From Balanoglossus misakiensis (lineage: Eukaryota > Animalia > Hemichordata), in the NCBI GenBank assembly GCA_040954595.2, contig CM082589.2, positions 6,817,186-6,881,185 on the forward strand: a DNA stretch of 64,000 nt, written 5' to 3'. Below are positions 60,981-64,000 of the stretch, one piece after another (position 1 is the first letter of the stretch; the number at the start of each line of letters is the position of its first letter). The position numbers and the translations under genes are program-made. The notes beneath the pieces were generated by a model. That model made no database searches. It was given only the letters and a program-made list of their open reading frames with translations, and was not told the origin of the DNA.

Positions 60981-63900
60981 TTTTCATGAGCTATAAACCT
61001 ATGAAAAATGACAAAATCACCAATATCCGCAAAGTCGAGAACTTGTCATTTTTTGACACTTTTCATGACCTATACCCCATGAAAAATGTCGAAAAATGAC
61101 AAAAACACCACAATCCGCGAAGTCGGAAAATCGTCATTTTTTGAAGATTTTTGTGAGCCATAGGACCTAACCCATGGTTTTTTTTAAAAAAATGAAGAAC
61201 TTTTGAAAATTCGCAGAGTCCAAAAGTCGTCACTTTTGGATGATTTTCATGAGCTATAACCCATGTTTTTTTTTTCAAAAAATGACGAAATTTTGAAAAT
61301 TCGCAAAGTCCAAAAGTCGTCACTTTTGGATGATTTTCATGAGCTATAACCCATGTTTTTTTTTCAAAAAATGACGAAATTTTGAAAATTCGCAAAGTCG
61401 AAAAGTCGTCACTTTTGGATGATTTTCATGAGCTATAACCCATGGTTTTTATCAAAAATGACCAAATTTTGAAAATTCGCAAAGTCGAAAAATCGTCGAT
61501 TTTGGACGATTTTCATGGCCTATAACCCATGGTTTTTATCAAAAAATGACCAAATTTTGAAAATTCGCAAAGTCGAAAAATCGTCGATTTTGGACGATTT
61601 TCATGGGCTATAACCCATGGTTTTTTTCAAAAAATGACCAAATTTTGAAAATTCGCAAAGTCGAAAAATCGTCGATTTTGGACGATTTTCATGGCCTATA
61701 ACCCATGGTTTTTATCAAAAAATGACCAAATTTTGAAAATTCGCAAAGTCGAAAAATCGTCGATTTTGGACGATTTTCATGGCCTATAACCCATGGTTTT
61801 TATCAAAAAATGACCAAATTTTGAAAATTCGCAAAGTCGAAAAATCGTCGATTTTGGACGATTTTCATGGCCTATAACCCATGGTTTTTATCAAAAAATG
61901 ACCAAATTTTGAAAATTCGCAAAGTCGAAAAATCGTCGATTTTGGACGACTTTCATGGCCTATAACCCATGGTTTTTATCAAAAAATGACCAAATTTTGA
62001 AAATTCGCAAAGTCGAAAAATCGTCGATTTTGGACGACTTTCATGGCCTATAACCCATGGTTTTTATCAAAAAATGACCAAATTTTGAAAATTCGCAAAG
62101 TCGAAAAATCGTCGATTTTGGACGACTTTCATGGCCTATAACCCATGGTTTTTATCAAAAAATGAATAAATTTTGAAAATTCGCAAAGTCGAAAAATCGT
62201 CGATTTTGGACGACTTTCATGGGCTATAACCCATGGTTTTTATCAAAAAATGACCAAATTTTGAAAATTCGCAAAGTCGAAAAATCGTCGATTTTGGACG
62301 ATTTTCATGGCCTATAACCCATGGTTTTTATCAAAAAATGACCAAATTTTGAAAATTCGCAAAGTGGAAAAATCGTCGATTTTGGACGATTTTCATGGGC
62401 TATAACCCATGGTTTTTATCAAAAAATGACCAAATTTTGAAAATTCGCAAAGTCGAAAAATCGTCGATTTTGGACGATTTTCATGGCCTATAACCCATGG
62501 TTTTTATCAAAAAATGACCAAATTTTGAAAATTCGCAAAGTCGAAAAATCGTCGATTTTGGACGATTTTCATGAGCTATAATCCATGTTTTTTTTTCAAA
62601 AAATGAAGAACTTTTGAAAATTCGCAGAGTCCAAAAGTCGTCACTTTTGGATGATTTTCATGAGCTATAACCCATGTTTTTTTTTTCAAAAAATGACGAA
62701 ATTTTGAAAATTCGCAAAGTCGAAAAGTCGTCACTTTTGGATGATTTTCATGAGCTATAACCCATGGTTTTTATCAAAAATGACCAAATTTTGAAAATTC
62801 GCAAAGTCGAAAAATCGTCGATTTTGGACGATTTTCATGGGCTATAACCCATGGTTTTTATCAAAAAATGACCAAATTTTGAAAATTCGCAAAGTCGAAA
62901 AATCGTCGATTTTGGACGATTTTCATGGGCTATAACCCATGGTTTTTATCAAAAAATGACCAAATTTTGAAAATTCGCAAAGTCGAAAAATCGTCGATTT
63001 TGGACGATTTTCATGGGCTATAACCCATGGTTTTTATCAAAAAATGACCAAATTTTGAAAATTCGCAAAGTCGAAAAATCGTCGATTTTGGACGATTTTC
63101 ATGGGCTATAACCCATGGTTTTTATCAAAAAATGACCAAATTTTGAAAATTCGCAAAGTCGAAAAATCGTCGATTTTGGACGATTTTCATGGGCTATAAC
63201 CCATGGTTTTTATCAAAAAATGACCATATTTTGAAAATTCGCAAAGTCGAAAAATCGTCGATTTTGGACGATTTTCATGGGCTATAACCCATGGTTTTTA
63301 TCAAAAAATGACCATATTTTGAAAATTCGCAAAGTCGAAAAATCGTCGATTTTGGACGATTTTCATGGGCTATAACCCATGGTTTTTATCAAAAAATGAC
63401 CAAATTTTGAAAATTCGCAAAGTCGAAAAATCGTCGATTTTGGACGATTTTCATGGGCTATAACCCATGGTTTTTATCAAAAAATGACCAAATTTTGAAA
63501 ATTCGCAAAGTCGAAAAATCGTCGATTTTGGACGATTTTCATGGGCTATAACCCATGGTTTTTATCAAAAAATGACCAAATTTTGAAAATTCGCAAAGTC
63601 GAAAAATCGTCGATTTTGGACGATTTTCATGGGCTATAACCCATGGTTTTTATCAAAAAATGACCAAATTTTGAAAATTCGCAAAGTGGAAAAATCGTCG
63701 ATTTTGGACGATTTTCATGGGCTATAACCCATGGTTTTTATCAAACAATGACCAAATTTTGAAAATTCGCAAAGTCGAAAAATCGTCGATTTTGGACGAT
63801 TTTCATGGGCTATAACCCATGGTTTTTATCAAAAAATGACCAAATTTTGAAAATTCGCAAAGTCGAAAAATCGTCGATTTTGGACGATTTTCATGGGCTA

Positions 63901-64000
63901 TAACCCATGGTTTTTATCAAAAAATGACCAAATTTTGAAAATTCGCAAAGTGGAAAAATCGTCGATTTTGGACGATTTTCATGGGCTATAACCCATGGTT
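60981..64000. repeat. 88-bp tandem satellite array, about 34 copies, truncated by the window end
   Basis: Consensus GCTATAACCCATGGTTTTTATCAAAAAATGACCAAATTTTGAAAATTCGCAAAGTCGAAAAATCGTCGATTTTGGACGATTTTCATGG. The period was measured at 62841 to 62929. Units are degenerate at 60981-61190 and nearly identical distally. Confidence 0.98.

Noticed and set aside
60981-64000. Satellite as a CRISPR array, and the 110-aa ORF at 61063-61395
   Set aside because: There are no unique spacers and no cas genes, and the context is eukaryotic. The ORF is translated repeat.

Overview
This is AT-rich, intron-rich animal genomic DNA with no prokaryotic features. It is probably from an invertebrate bilaterian, and the vertebrate-EYA4-like N-terminal exons hint at an invertebrate deuterostome (inference only). 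Manual splicing with consistent intron phases gives five genes: eyes absent (Eya, +, about 18 coding exons, 344-33437), ACOT13/THEM2 thioesterase (-, 3 exons), an intronless GT32 DXD glycosyltransferase (-), acetyl-CoA synthetase ACSS2 (+, 16 exons) and a KLHL7-like BTB-BACK-Kelch gene (+, 2 exons). An 88-bp satellite array runs from about 60981 off the window end. At least six families of short non-autonomous DNA transposons (TA, TTAA and 9-bp target duplications) occur in introns, UTR and promoter sequence. Most ORF-track entries are noise or read-through of real exons. I found no new protein system. The best leads are regulatory or structural: a nuclear-receptor site cluster with a perfect DR4 upstream of KLHL7, divergently oriented CTCF-like sites at the 3' end of Eya, a young palindromic insertion in the GT32/ACSS2 divergent promoter, three NAGNAG acceptors in Eya, and dyad symmetry plus higher-order structure in the satellite. 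All homology calls come from memory of the protein families; no searches were run.
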